DNA from: Dimorphilus gyrociliatus
Lineage: Eukaryota > Animalia > Annelida
Length of the DNA stretch: 64,000 nt
Assembly: GCA_904063045.1 (NCBI GenBank)
Contig: CAJFCJ010000037.1
Span: 1 to 64,000, forward strand
Direction of reading: 5' to 3'
Of the stretch, positions 49,290 through 63,480 are shown piece by piece (position 1 is the first letter of the stretch; the number at the start of each line of letters is the position of its first letter). Made by a program: the position numbers and the translations under genes. The notes beneath the pieces were generated by a model. That model had not been told where the DNA came from. It did no database searches and saw only the letters and a list, made by a program, of their open reading frames with translations.

Positions 49290-52200
49290 ACATGACTTTT
49301 TATCAAAAACCTTGCATTGCAATGTGTTTATTCAATGATAACGTTTGTGAACATAATCTTACCTATGAATTTATCACTAATGTTTGTCAAAAGTTGGGTT
49401 TTAATGGAGGTTATATATTTGTTGATAGAATCATATGAAACCATTGGACGAATGTCTGTCGACATGTAGAGATTTTAAATCCAAAGGATCAGAGTATGGC
49501 CTAGAAGTTTCAGACATTGCACCACAGTTTGTTTTCTTGTTTTGTTTTTTTGTATTGTTCATTATTTATCGATTTCTTTTTACAAAGCATTAAGAATGTA
49601 AACCAAGTCGGCCATTTTCTTGTGAAATGTACAAATCAACCAGTAACAGGTAGAAAAATCAAATGACAAACTTGAAGTGATTTATTCGATGAATGACGTT
49701 TCGTTGTATATCTCTTTAAAAAAAGAATGCAAAAATTCAGACAAGATTATTAACAATAGGTGTTATGTAAATTTTGGAGGAGAAATAGCCAATACTCTCT
49801 ATTCACCAAATATGGCTGGAGAGATATGCAGAAAAATGAATAGTACAATGGCCAATTCTAAATCAGAATTGGATAGATTTATCATTTTTAAATACTTCCA
49901 AACGCTGAAAAATATCTTGAAGGTATTCTCGTACTATCATCATCATCTTTTTATACCGTATCGAGCTAAGATGAAATTATCTTCCTTATCTAGTTTTTCA
50001 ACAAATCGTTGATAATAAAGGCAGATATCATACATTAACTGAAGATGGGACGCTATTAAATTATATAGGGTCTTTCATTCAATCAAAAGCCAGGTGTATA
50101 TATTTTGAAATTGCTTTAGTACTCAATTTTCAAATTGAAATATTTTTTCAGTGATGCTTGTTCAGCTATACAAGAATTTCAATCAAATCAATTCAAGAAA
50201 CTGTTTTCCTTTAGACTCAATAACAATTGTTTTCATGTCAAATTTGATGAGATTGTCGACAAGATAATCTATAATACAAATTATTATAAATCTTTAAAGA
50301 TAAATGGAGTATTGTGTGACAGGCAAAAATTTACATTCTTTCTATGTGTCCGAAATAGTTGAGTAGTATATTTTTACATTTATCATTGTATTGTACTATT
50401 TATAGGCCTAAAAATCCATACTCTTTTCCAGATATCAAAAGTGAAAGTAAATTGAATGAAATCATTCCTGTATCAGTGACAAATAAAAATTTTAAATGTC
50501 CTTTCAACTCATTCCTTTGTAAAAAATCAATGTTTTGCATAAATATAAAAAATTATTGCGATGGAATTCAAGATTGTAAAGAAAAAGAAGACAAAGAAAA
50601 TTGTTCACAAACTGCAAAATTTGCTTGCGGAATGAAAGAAATTAACTTTCAGTTTGTTTGTGATTTTAAAAATGATTGTGAAAATGCAGAAGATGAACAG
50701 GGACAATTGTGAAGAGAGAAGGTATTTAGAGAGAGAGAGAGAGAGAGAGAGAACCTTCATTTTCTTCTTAAATTTTTACATTTTTCTTCCTTTTTCCTTC
50801 CTTCCTTAATGTTGATGTGACAATGGCCAATGCTACAAGGTTGAAGAAATGCTAAATGACGAAAAAAACTGTCTTGATGAAAGCGATGAAAAACAAGACT
50901 ACTCTAGAAATTTAGTTTGCTCTAAAGAACATATTTTATGCAATCAACAATGTGTTCCAAAGCATTTAAAGTGTGACCTAAATCAAGATTGCAAATACGG
51001 TACTGATGAGAAAGATTGCCAGTATTATAATCAAGATCAGTGTAAAGAAAGTATAAAAAGAATAGAAACTAAACCGTGCTACATCGAATACAACTCTATG
51101 GGACGAATGATCTCAAAGATACATATACCACTAACAACAATTAGGAATTGTAGCGCTGAGATTGTTTGTGAAATGGGATATTACCAATGCCAATCAGTCT
51201 ATTATTGTATTTCAATTGAACAAGTTTGCGATAATGTTCCTCATTGTCCGAATGGAGACGATGAAATAGGATGTAGTTAGTATACTCGTAGTATCGACAA
51301 AATAATTTGCGCATTACGTAATAACATTGTAATTCAACAAAGACAGTTTCTATCCCAAAGGATTCTTTAAATGCCACAAACAGCATCTCTTTATAAATCT
51401 AAGTCGCATTTGCGACAATATAATTCATTGTAAAGAAGGAAATGATGAGGAATTTTGCAATCAGACACTAATATCCTGTCCTCAATTTTGTAGTTGTAAT
51501 CCTCAATATCTTCTCAATTGCAGTGGTAAAAATCATAAAAATGATAAGAAATATCTACATTTGGACAATTTTGATCATAGAATACTGTTAATTGATCAAA
51601 TTGGAAAATTTTTAAAATTAACATCAAGAATTTATAAAACAATTGTAATTTTAAAAATATATTCAACAAATGTAAAAAATTTTCAAGAAATAATCATAAA
51701 ATTCCCAAATGTTTTCCATATTGATTTCAAAGATAATAAAATTGAATATTTACCATTCAATAATTTTAGTATCAATTTTTTAAATGTTCAATATTTGAGT
51801 ATAACTTTTAATAGAAATTTAAAAATTTTTGAAGAAACAACATTGAAAAATTTCCCATCACTTTTATATTTAAATTTATCAAATACAAATTTGAATTTTA
51901 TACCAAATGATTTTTTTAAAAATTTAAATAATTTAAAAATTTTATCTTTTGCATTTTGCAATATTTATTCTATTGAAAAACATTCTTTTCAATATTTCTT
52001 CAGTTTACATACATTGAACATTAGTGATACTTTGATACCTGATGATATTGTATCACTTAGCATTTTTAAACAAATGACCCAATTAAAATTTATCTATGGA
52101 ACAGTTTATAAATTATGCTCTTTGGCTGAGGTTCATTATAAAAATTTGAGTAAATGTCTACCAGATAGATCTCTAATACATTCTTGTAAAGAATTATTAC

Positions 52201-53193
52201 CATCAGTTGCATGGAAATCAATTGTTAGCTTCTTTGGTGTTTTTGGTTCCTTTGGAAATGTTTTATCATTTTATTTCCATTTCAAAAGCAATACAAAATC
52301 ATCAAAGCTTTTCTATATGAATCTTTCATTTGCAGATCTATGTACCAGTTTATATTTCCTCACAATAGCAGTAATTGATATATACTATAGAGGAAATTAT
52401 ATAAATTACGATTTACAGTGGAGGAAGAGTATCGTTTGTTCATTTATTGGATGTTTTTCCAGTTTTTCAATAGTCTTATCCACACTGAGTATTACTTTTA
52501 TAACAGTGGAAAGACATTTTTACATAACAAAACCATTTTCAAAGTTTATTACACCAAAAAAGAAGATTTGTATGTGTATAGGCTTTATTTGTTTTGGAAT
52601 TGTTGCTTCAATCCTTCCATTATATATTTATGAAGTAAGCAAAAGCAGAGAGTTTTTCTTAATGAATCATTCTGCCAATCCAATAATTTAGAGTTACTAC
52701 TCAGCTTCATCCATTTGCTATTCTTTACATATAAGAAGTGAAAGAATTGATGGTTGGCTTTATTCATTTTTAATTCATGGAGTATTTGTATTCCTATGCT
52801 CAGCCTTAAATACTGCTTTATATGTTGATATAGCAAAAGTAATATTTAAATCTAGAGATATTCTTTCAAAGGAAGAATATCTTAAGAGAAAGGAGAAAAT
52901 TTTAAAAACAGCCTTTGTTATTACAATGTCAAATATTTTATCATGGTTTCCCATTTCACTTTTAGGTGATTAATTAAAAAGTTAAATTTAAAAAAAAAGG
53001 TGTATTTTTCCAACTCCATCTAGGCTTTATTGCAACATTTGCAACAATAAATATTGATCTTGATTCCTATACAAGTATAGCTATTACCCTTTTGCCAATC
53101 AACTCAATTATAAATCCATTCATTTATTCAATTGTTCATTTCAAAAGTTTCTTAAAAAGTTTATGGGAAGAGAAAAAGGAATATTTGTAAGTA
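49290..53193 (+). CDS. GRL101-like GPCR (gene B): SRCR/C-type-lectin-like N-terminus, multiple LDLa, LRR, 7TM
   Basis: VCQKLGF; about 7 LDLa modules; LRRs; LC...C.P...SCKELL hinge; FGNVL, NLSFADL, ITVERH, SNILSWFP, INSIINPFIY; short GT-AG introns. Start codon not located. Confidence 0.85.
50720..50752. repeat. (GA)n microsatellite (others at ~53195-53225 and ~61105-61140)
   Basis: Direct inspection. Confidence 0.9.
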
Positions 53194-54338
53194 AGAGAGA
53201 GGGAGAGAGAGAGAGAGAGAGAGACAATGATCATCATTTTCCTTTTTTTAAGAGCCTCAGACTTGAATAGATGTATTACTGAGTACATTGAGAAAAGTTC
53301 TTTTTTTTAATCTTCTTGTTTTCTTTATTATTATTATTACTTTTTTTTTAATTTTACTAATTTAGATTGTAGTTTACTAGTTAATGTTGATGGAAAATTT
53401 CTTAGATGTCAATGCAAGGAAATGAATTATACTCCTCTTGAACATAACAAAGAATTTTACATGAACAATGAATGTATAATTTGTTTGCAAAGTATTTGTC
53501 AAGCCATTCAATTTTCACATCATAATCTATTATCATTTAATGGAGAATTTGAACTGAGTTCAATTTATTTACATGTTGTAACCCTATACAATAAAACTCA
53601 TGAGATATTCTCTCTAAATTTGTATTGTTTTTTTTTTGTTAACAAAACAGAAAAATGAATTTGGACTAAGAAAGTACAAACTAAAATATGTTTCCGTTTC
53701 ATATGCAAATGATCAAAGCAAGCAAAGAGATTTACTTTCACTTGGAAAAATTGCAAGAAAGATGCTATTGAAAAGAAAGAATTAACAATCTCTGAGTAAT
53801 TGAATATATTTTAAGAAAATTACAAAAATTTTTAAGAGACTATTGTTCAAAATGCTCAATGACTCTTGCAGGGTTAATTTTCAAATAAAAGTCATACAAC
53901 TTTTTTTCTAATTAGTCAAATTTTTTTAAATTTTGAAATTAGAACCATAGCAATATAAGTTCATAATATTTCAAAAATAAACAAAATTGACTTATTAGAT
54001 TTTGTTTAATGGATCATTTAATTAAAAAAAAAACAGAGTTTTTCAACATAAAATGTAATTTTCAATTGATTTTATTTGAATTTTTAAACTGTATAAAATT
54101 TATTCATTTTAAACATCAAAAATCACACATTATCAATGATAAATTAAACAACAAAGTTGCAGTAGTTGAGAAGCATTTATTTCAGATCTTTTAAAACATT
54201 CCCAAACTTCAAAGACATTAATTAGATCTCCTTCATGTATCAACTTTTGAACAATTGTGTAGAATGATGTTCAATTTCCAAAAGAATGAGTTACATTTTT
54301 TGTAGAAGCCTTCTGTACTTTGTTGTATTGAATCAAAA

Positions 54339-54551
54339 ATGGACTTGAAAGAAATGATAAATGGTGACAATGAAAAAACTATTAAAAGAATAGCAGAAGA
54401 TATTATCCTAAAATTTAAAGACAATATTGAAGACTTGCCAGAACTAAAATCACTAAGAAGAAAATGCTGTAAAATTTGGTTCATTGATGCAACATTTAAA
54501 GTTGTCAAAGATCCATTTTATCGACTCTTTTCAATTTATGAATTTATTTGA
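54339..54551 (+). pseudogene. MULE transposase fragment
   Basis: WFIDATFKVVKDPFYRLFSI is the first catalytic Asp motif of MULEs. Confidence 0.75.
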
Positions 54552-54619
54552 TTAAAAAACAAAAAGAGAAATGACAAAATCTGATTAAAACATAAGTTTC
54601 ACTTAGATTTAACTTTTAT

Positions 54620-57600
54620 TTATTAAAGTTATATTTATTAAGAGCATTCTTGTAAATTTTCCAATTTTTAATATATCAATTTTTTCATTTTCTTCATTCT
54701 TTGAATCAAACTTTTCATAGAGTATGTAGATTTGACAATTGAAATTATTAAACTAAGTAGAAATAGCAATACACCAAAAGTATACAATGAGAATAGCCAA
54801 CCACGTGACTTGTCAGATCTAATTGGTATATTGAAGCAAATTGTTGATTTTTTGTAAAATTTCTGAAAATTGTATAAATTAAATTAGATGATAGAAAACA
54901 CACCTGTGAATTTGGGTCTGGCAGAGAAAATGGCCCATTTAAAGCTAAAGTTTTAAGGTAAGGTTTTTGGCAGTTAAATTGTAAAGATGCGTTGTTAACT
55001 GGCTGGGTTAGTGTTAGGGTTAAATATCAGAAAAATAGGGTCATTTTTTTTTCTCAGATCCACTGGCTATTATTTTCAACATACATCATATAAAATTACA
55101 GGTAATAACGAAATTAAAATACAGATCAGCAGTAGCGAAATGAAAAGTAGGTATTAATAACTAATCATAAATGGTATTTTAAAAGGATTTGAAACAGATT
55201 CGTATCTTTCAATTGTTATAAGTAATAGCATACATGTTGAAAATAATAATGAAAATGTTAAAGTTGTTCCCAAACTTGAACAGAGTAAACTATCTCTCCA
55301 TAATTGTTCTCTATATATATATTTATTACCTGAAAAGTATAAATCAACTATTTTTTTTTGCTGGTATTTTAATATTAATGCTTATTATAAATGATAAAAA
55401 ATTTCCAAAAACACCAGATATTCCAATTACCCAAAATATTGTTTTTAAAATATTTGTTGGAATTATATTGTGACACGTTAAAAAAACTGGTGGATTTGGT
55501 ATACAAGTTATATTTCTTCCCAATATTTTCCAACTCAAACAGCATAATTGAAAATATTCACTTTCAATATATTTTAATGACATCATACTTTCAATAATTT
55601 GTAATAAAGATGTAGTTGAAGTATATGTTTTTCTTATAAGAAATGTTTCAACATTACTTAATGTTTTAAAATTATCTTCTTCAATTGTCTTTATATTACA
55701 ATATTGAAATGATAAATATTTTAAAAATTTTAAAATTTTAAATGATTCCATTTTTAAATGTAAAATTGTTGTATTTGAAAAATCTAATTTTAAAAGATTA
55801 TTTGTTTGAAATAATTTTGGAAAATTCATTATATTTAATGGATTATTTGAAATATTTAAAATTTGAAGAATTTGTAATTTTGAATGTGTTAGAAAATTAA
55901 AATTATTTAAATTATTAAATGAAATATCTAAATACAAAAATATTTGGTATAAAGAGATGAGAAATTGATTTCAATTCAAAATTGTTATGAATGATTAAAA
56001 TATGTAGATTATAATAATCATTTGTAATATTTAATTTAATATTTCCTTCTAATTCAAGTTTTTTAATATTTTCATCCAATTCAAAAGTAATTGTTAAACC
56101 ATCAAATTTACAATATAATTCATAAATATTATTATAAAAACAAATATTATTTATATCTTGTTGTTTAATTGTTAAATATGAACATGAAATTTCATCACTA
56201 CCAGTTTTACAATCAACTTTTCCATTGCATAATTGTTCATCGCTTAAAAATATCATCTCATTTCTACACTTAAAAAATCCTTTAGCAATATAATTTTCTG
56301 TTTGTTTTTTTTTTTTTAAAAAAACAGGAAATATTTTTTTTTTTTATTTTTTTTTACCACAATGAATTTCATCATCTCCGTATAAACAGTGATTTAAACC
56401 ATCGCATACAAGATAAACTGGTATACAATAACCTTCAAAATAGCATTTTTATTCAGATATTGAACATATTTTATTATAGCAATAATATAAATTTGAAAAT
56501 GGATGTTGTATTTTAGTAAGTAAATTATTCATAGAATCATATTCAATTTTACAGCTAGCATTGTCTCTATTTTTAAAATAGGTATGAAACTGGTATGGAT
56601 CGCAAGAACCTTCATCGCTTTGATCATAACAATCGATAACATAATTACAACGATTATCATTTAGAGTACAAAAATCATCGCATTCCCTTTGCGTTCTTTC
56701 ATTACAATCTTTTAAAAAGAATATTCAATAATTTAATTAAAAGAAGAATTGTTCTAATTCGATTTTTTTATCATACTATGCCTATTTTTCTAATCGATAG
56801 CGTCTTTATGATAGCACAGTTCATCGCTATAATCTATACAATTCCTTTCATTATCGCAAACATTTTCTGCATTAATGCAGTATTTATTGATACATTGTCT
56901 ACTGCAAATGGTGTTTTATTCAATTAATCTATTTGATAATTTAGTTGAAAAACAAAAGTTTACCTTGAATTTTTACATTGTTTGAAAGCTTGAGAGAAAA
57001 AAAATTATACCAGTTTATTTTTAGCTTTGTTTTTACTTACAACAAACTTTCTCATCAGAATGATCTTTACAATCAGGGAAATGATCGCAAATTAATAAAT
57101 AACTAATCATTTCATTTGATTCTAAACATTGAAATAATTTAAATGTAGAATTTTGACAATTGAACTCATCTTCTCCAGATTTACAGTCAAAATATCCATC
57201 ACAAATATAAATAGAATTAATGCAATATCCATCTTGTTTACATTCAAAATGTCTTTTTGAACAATTCAAATTTTTTATAGGAAAATTTGAAGAATATTTT
57301 TCAATGGATAACAATTCACTTTCTAAAAAGAAAAAAAGTTAATAATTTTTAAGAAAATTTTCAAATTTTTCATTTAAAGTATAAACCTAAAAATTTTTGA
57401 CATACAAATACTCTACTATTTTTACTGCATGCAATACTTTTAGTATATAAATAGGATGATCTAGAAAATAAAAATTGAAAGTTTAAAAATAATTTAATGG
57501 TTTAATTTTTTATTAATTACGAATCTCTTAATATTTCCATTGTAAAACAATCATTGCCGACTTTTCTCGGTAATACTCGAAAATATTGATTTTTTTGTAT

Positions 57601-59767
57601 AAAAATGATATGACTACCATATTTTGTTGTTCTTCCACCAATACTAATGCTATTCTCTGCAAATGGTATAAATTGACTAGTTAAATTACTCAATGTAACA
57701 GATATATTTCTATTTTTATAGATTCTTTTGTTAAATTCTATAAAAGTAAAAGAGTGTTTATTCAAAATAGATAATTTTTTAATTTCTTACTTGAAAAAAG
57801 CATTTTATTAATTTTCTTATCAGTGGCAATTATTGATAAAAGAAAATGTAGATATTGAACAATATAATATTTTTGAAATGTTAAAAATGTTAATGGCATC
57901 ATATTCTTCGAACGACAAAAATTGTCGTGATATCGTATTCTTTTTGGTTGTTCCAGTAAAAATATTTCATAACATAAACTCTCAATTTTAATCATATTTT
58001 CATTATGGCATTCAAATTTCTCTATTAATGTCTTATAACATTTTATTGTTATTTTTCCAAATTTTCTATAAATATTTCTAAAATTGGATAATTTTAAATA
58101 GATAAATAAAATTTATAATTATATACTTTTTCACAATTTGACAATTTTGAATACTTGTCTCATTTTTGAACAATTGAAATGTGATATAAAAAGATAATTT
58201 GGAGCTTTTAGTTTTAATTCATCAATAAATTCAATATCAGATTTAATAAATATTTTTCCAGTTGTAAAACCAAAATATTTACATAATAAATGAATATCAC
58301 GTGATTGAAACACTTGAACAAGATAATTAATTTTTTGTATTGAAATTTCCACATGTCCAATAAAATATGTCAAATTATGTTTTTGACCATACAATGTTTC
58401 TTGTTTTGAATTTTTCAAATAAAAACTTTTTTCTGAAACTATGTTTATTTTAAAAAAAAAATTTTTTTTTTTTAAATTTTAAACCTTCCAGATGATTTGT
58501 GTTTTGTTGGCATTGTGGATTTAAAATCATATAATTTCCACTAGGACTGACAAGAGCATTAGTAGGTTCCAGATAACAATTTGAGAATAGGCTATTCTTA
58601 TCTGGTAAACATCCTTTAACAATTACAGCAAGATTCTGAAATATAAAAATTAATAAATTTTTTTTTACATGGTTGTGGGAGATTTTAACTAAATTTGATA
58701 AGAAAGTCATTGGATATCCAGAAATTGGTCCAGCTGATGATCCCTTTTGACTTTGACAATGGAAAAATTGTGAGTACGCTAAATCTATTGTATCGCTAAA
58801 GATGACACCTCTAAAACCCAACTTTACTGAATATACCAATAATGGAAAAGATATAAATGTCATTTGTAAATTTTCTGATACAGTTTCTTTATCAAATATT
58901 TTCATTTCTAAAAAAAAAATAAAAACTAAGGAGAGTCTATTCTGGTTTTCTCTGGTTTTTTCAAATATGACCTTCAACTTCAAAATATGAACATTTTACA
59001 AATTTTGTTTGATTATTTATTGGTGACAATTGTAAATAACTTATTTGAATATCATTTGTACTATTTAATTTTAAAATATGGACTTTATCTTCAAGTTTAT
59101 TCAATTGAAAATCAATAATTAATGAATGTTTTCTGCATAATTCTATTCTTTCATTTGAAAGAGAAGATATTTGATAGAACAAATCATTCTTTTTTAAAAT
59201 TAAAGAATACATTAATTTTGATATTTTCATTGCTAAAATAACTACAAAAGAAAAAAATAAACTGGTATAAAAAAAAATTATTTTCTTTCACTCACAAGTT
59301 GAATTTCTTTTAAAACATTTTAAATTGATTTCAATATTTGATAAAATTGATGAATATTGGCTTTTTTAAAAAATAGGAAAGAAAGAAAAAAAGTATTTTT
59401 AAATATTAAAAAAAATACAAAAAAATTGTTCTCTTTACAATCTGCAACATAAAATTTCATTGACCAATTTTACTGTGTATTCCGTTGAATTCGTTTCTTT
59501 ATATTCAATATGAGAGAAATTTGAATAATCTTTGGATAGATTTTCACAAAATTCTTCTTTCAACTCATCAAATTTGGTAACAAGATAACTATTGTAAAAT
59601 AATTTTTTGCATAATTTACCATTGTACAACCCGGAAATGGAATATTCATAAAAAATATGATTTTCATTGATTAATTGAAAATTTAAATATTGAAATTTAT
59701 TTGCTATTGTTGAGAATATTTCTGTACAAAAAAGCAGAAAAAGAATAGGAAGAATGTTAAAATTCAT
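54620..59767 (-). pseudogene. GRL101-like LDLa-LRR-7TM GPCR (gene C), with an in-frame stop in the TM region
   Basis: Signal-like ORF 59435-59767; LCKYFGF; LDLa modules at 56.2-57.3 kb; LRRs; FGNFL; LITIERY followed by ISY*YLL; 3' end decays near 54620. Linkage of the 57.5-59.8 kb exons is inferred. Confidence 0.65.
54914..55061. mobile_element. Short MITE (~148 bp) with GGGTTAG motifs, in an intron of gene C
   Basis: Imperfect TIRs GGGTCTGGCAGAGAAAATGGCCC / GGGTCATTTTTTTTTCTCAGATCC. Confidence 0.5.
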
Positions 59768-60179
59768 AATTTTTAAAAATAATTGTTTAATTAACTAATT
59801 AATGAGTTTTATACTTTTTTATTTTAGATATTCTATTCATTAAATTATCATATTACAAAAAATCCATTATCTACTTTGGCCTTTTAGCTATTGTGACTGT
59901 ACTATATTTGTTTAAAAATTATCTTCAACACAGTAAAACTGTCATCTTGTAGTCAGTTCTTTTTTTTTTACAATAGACATTTTTTACCCTGTTGACACAT
60001 CCTATTCAAAATGGAAACTATATATATTATCAGTTGGTTTCCATATTCATTTACAAATGCTGGCATTTTGCCAAAAACTTTTTTTTTTATATTATTGTTA
60101 CTTTATTAATAATATTTCAAATTTAAAAAATCTTTATTTTATGTTTTGTCAATTTTCAAAACTGGCAAAATCCCTCATT

Positions 60180-60680
60180 ACAATAGCACCGCCACTCTTT
60201 AGTTGTTTCTGTTAAGCATCTTGCTTGTTCTTCATTTAAATTACAGCTAGAAAATTTAATTTCTTCTAAACAATTTGAAGAGGATTGGAGTCCATCACAA
60301 ATCACTTTAAATCCATTTCCCATATCATAATTGCAGCAGAAATCAATATATTCTAGTGTTGAGCACTGTTTAAATGTTTCTCCTAGACATTCAGCTTGTT
60401 ACTTAAATGATAGTGACAAAATGTAATTTCACCCTCAATTGGTACAGTTTCATCATTCCCATCTGTCAATACAAATCCATAGAGTTATGTAGTTACCTTT
60501 AACTTTTGCATTATAAGACAAATCCTTCTGAAAGAGGAGATATGATCTGAATAAATAATTGACATTGAAATATCAACATCTCCATCTTCAAACCCATCAG
60601 AATAATTGTCAGACTCTGCAAAAGCATTCTCCGTCACTAGTCTGCGACTCTTCCAAAATCCGTGTAAGAGGAATATTTAT
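60180..60680 (-). pseudogene. Possible RI-type LRR (NLR-like) fragment
   Basis: FKQCSTLEYIDFCCNYDMGNGFKVICDGLQSSSNCLEEIKFSSCNLN; short open frames only. Confidence 0.35.
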
Positions 60681-61339
60681 GATTTATGAAACTCCTTTCT
60701 GACCTAGATTTTGGATATCTTTGCCTCTGTAAATACATACAGGGGCTGAGTAAGGGTTAAGGTACAGGCATTGGTTTGTCGATTAAACAATGGGTTAGCA
60801 TAGAAAAATGAGAAACGAATTTAAGGCTTAATTGAGATTTTACCAAACAGAATATATATAATGGTCTTCCTTTATGACAGTTTGACTTTAGGTCAAAGAT
60901 ACATCAAATTGCGAATTCTGTAGAATTGTTATCTCATTCCTCCTACACTTGGAAAGCATAATTTGATTGTCAAGGCAATTCTGCTAACCGAATTGTCCTA
61001 TATATTTTAGTTGAAAGAAATATCTCTGTTCAGTTGACAATGAATGCCTGATGGAAAAATTAACAAGCCACATACTATTTCTTTTTGTCATTTTGTTTGT
61101 CTTTCTTTCTTTCTCTCTCTCTCTCTCTCTGTCTCTCTCTGCCACTGTTTATCTAACTCTTAACTGAGCAAATATGTTTCAATATTAAACACTTTCCAAT
61201 TCAGGATGAAAAACTTTCTATCAACTCTACTAATTGTTTGCCAACTAAGCAGACTTTCTATTGACTTATTTGGCAACTGTATAAATTAGCTGGCTGGGGT
61301 GGGGAGGAGGATAGAAATAAGTGAAGAGGAGAGGCTACA

Positions 61340-62296
61340 ATGAAACTCCAGTTTGAATCTTCTCTTTTACTCATTTTCTCAATGGTAGCAGTTAGTAAAC
61401 CATGTTCTTTTTATGAAATGAGCCATAGGGCCATTGACAATAATATTACTCCAATCTTAACTTTGGATGATGTTGGAAAAACAGATTGCAAATTTTACTG
61501 TCAATTCTATACAAATTGCAAGTAAGAAACAAAAATTGTTTTTGAAATATTTAATAATAGTTATATTTAACATTTGAAATTTATTTCCTTTTTTTTTCAT
61601 TTACAAGATCATTAGTCCATAGAACAGCAGATTGTAAACTATATTCACTAATACCCAGCAGTTACAAATTGAGGACAAAAATTACAGAGTACTATAATTA
61701 TAAACAACCACTGTGCTGTAAGTATATTCTGTATACTCTTTATCATTACTAATCTCTCTTTTATTTTTATCTAATTAGCAACTGATATACCAAAAGGTAA
61801 ATAAAAAAAATTTGATTGAGTAGGAATTATTCATTTAATACCAGTTTTGTTTTCTGCTTTCTTAACAGTAAAACAATTTCTTAAAATTGATAATAAAAAA
61901 CTACTAGTCAATCAGCTTAAAGGTTCCACTCTTCAATTGACAAATTGTAAAGAATTCTGTAGTTCTTTGGAAAACTGCCAGTAAGTTTAATTAAAATTAC
62001 AATTTATTGAAAACTGGTATCATTGTGTTTTTATTTGATGCAGAGGTTTCAGTATGAAACATACAACAAAAGAATGTTTTTTCTTCACAAGTAACACTGA
62101 ACAAATAGCCTTGGATACTGATAATGATTATGATTTTTACTGTAAGTAGAATCTGGGTTTTATTTATTTGAAAATTCATTAAAAAAATTCAAAACATGGA
62201 AATTAGACATTTATAAATTTAAAAATTTTGACATTAGCCAAATACACTTCTTCTAGAGGCATATTTTTAAAAAGCAGTTACACGTTAAAACTTTAA
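61340..62296 (+). CDS. Secreted protein with two PAN/apple-like domains (multi-exon)
   Basis: Signal MKLQFESSLLLIFSMVAVS; spliced DCKFYCQFYTNCKSL...DCKLYS and NCKEFCSSLENCQGFS...ECFFF; last exon uncertain. Confidence 0.7.
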
Positions 62297-63164
62297 TAAA
62301 GTGACAAGAATTGTAGGAAAATACTAAAGCATATCAAGCATATTATTATCTTTTTTTTTTTCAATGGACTGTTTCATGCATCCCTACATGATTATCTCAT
62401 TGCTATGCATAATATTATGTATGATAACACAACTCTTATTTTTTCATGGATGCCTATCAATACTTTTGGACTAATTTAACCACTTTTAGGTTTGTTCAGG
62501 AGTAGATAAAAGAGAAATTTAAGAGTAATAAAAGTTTTAATGTTTACTATTGTTTTATTCTATAAATTGTGAAGTCCTTTTAGTATGGTTGTTGTGGTAG
62601 GTATATTTAATGAGAATTTCTTTATTAGAACAAAAAATCATAGATTTTATCTAACATGAATTGGAGATCTAAATGGCTTTGTTAACAGTATAGTCTACAT
62701 TTTTATACTTCCTACTGTAAAGAATAAAATTCTGGCTGTTGAGAATATTTTCATTTGTAAATAATTTGAATTTTGCTAAAAGGCACCTATTTTGCCTTGA
62801 TTAGATTACTTTTACTACAAATTGGAGATTATTGATAATCCAATAACTCACAAATTCAATGGTTTTCAAGTGGAATTCAAAACTCATACTTTAATACAGT
62901 TGCCTAAAGAATGAAATTTAGGAAGAAAATCTCCACAAATATGGTGCCTATTGTCTCTTCTATGTTGCCAAAATAGTATAGAATATCAAATACTAAACAT
63001 ACTGGCAATACCTTTGCTAAATTTCCAAAATCACAGAAATGATTGATTGAAAAACAATGGAATTTCGCTTAAATTTATCAGACAATTGGGCAATGAAAAG
63101 ATTTTGATTTGATATTTGTGAAGGACTAGCAGAGTCATCAGGAACATTAAAGGATTTTAAGTTT

Positions 63165-63480
63165 AGTACTCTGCTGTTTTGTAGCTGTAAGAATTTCTGA
63201 CTCTTTATCACAAAATTCATCCTGTCCAATCATTTACCAATTTTGTCAAAGTACTGGTTCAAATAGAACCTCAAGTTCGTCCACAAAATAAAAACCTTTA
63301 GAATGAATTCAGTTTGGTGTTGCAACACCTGTCTTCTCAACACCTTGATGTAGGTAAGATAAAACAACTTTGACATTTGTCTTTTTAAAAGTTGGCTGTT
63401 CATTTGCCAATCCACAGTAGCTCCATCTGTTTCAGTCAAAGAATCTATTTAGTGTAGAAAGTTCTATCATTCTAATTCCC
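63165..63480 (-). repeat. Internally deleted family R copy
   Basis: Reverse complement has aaatagattctttgactgaaacagatgg, tgtggacgaac, gtaaatgattgg and ...gagtac. Confidence 0.65.
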
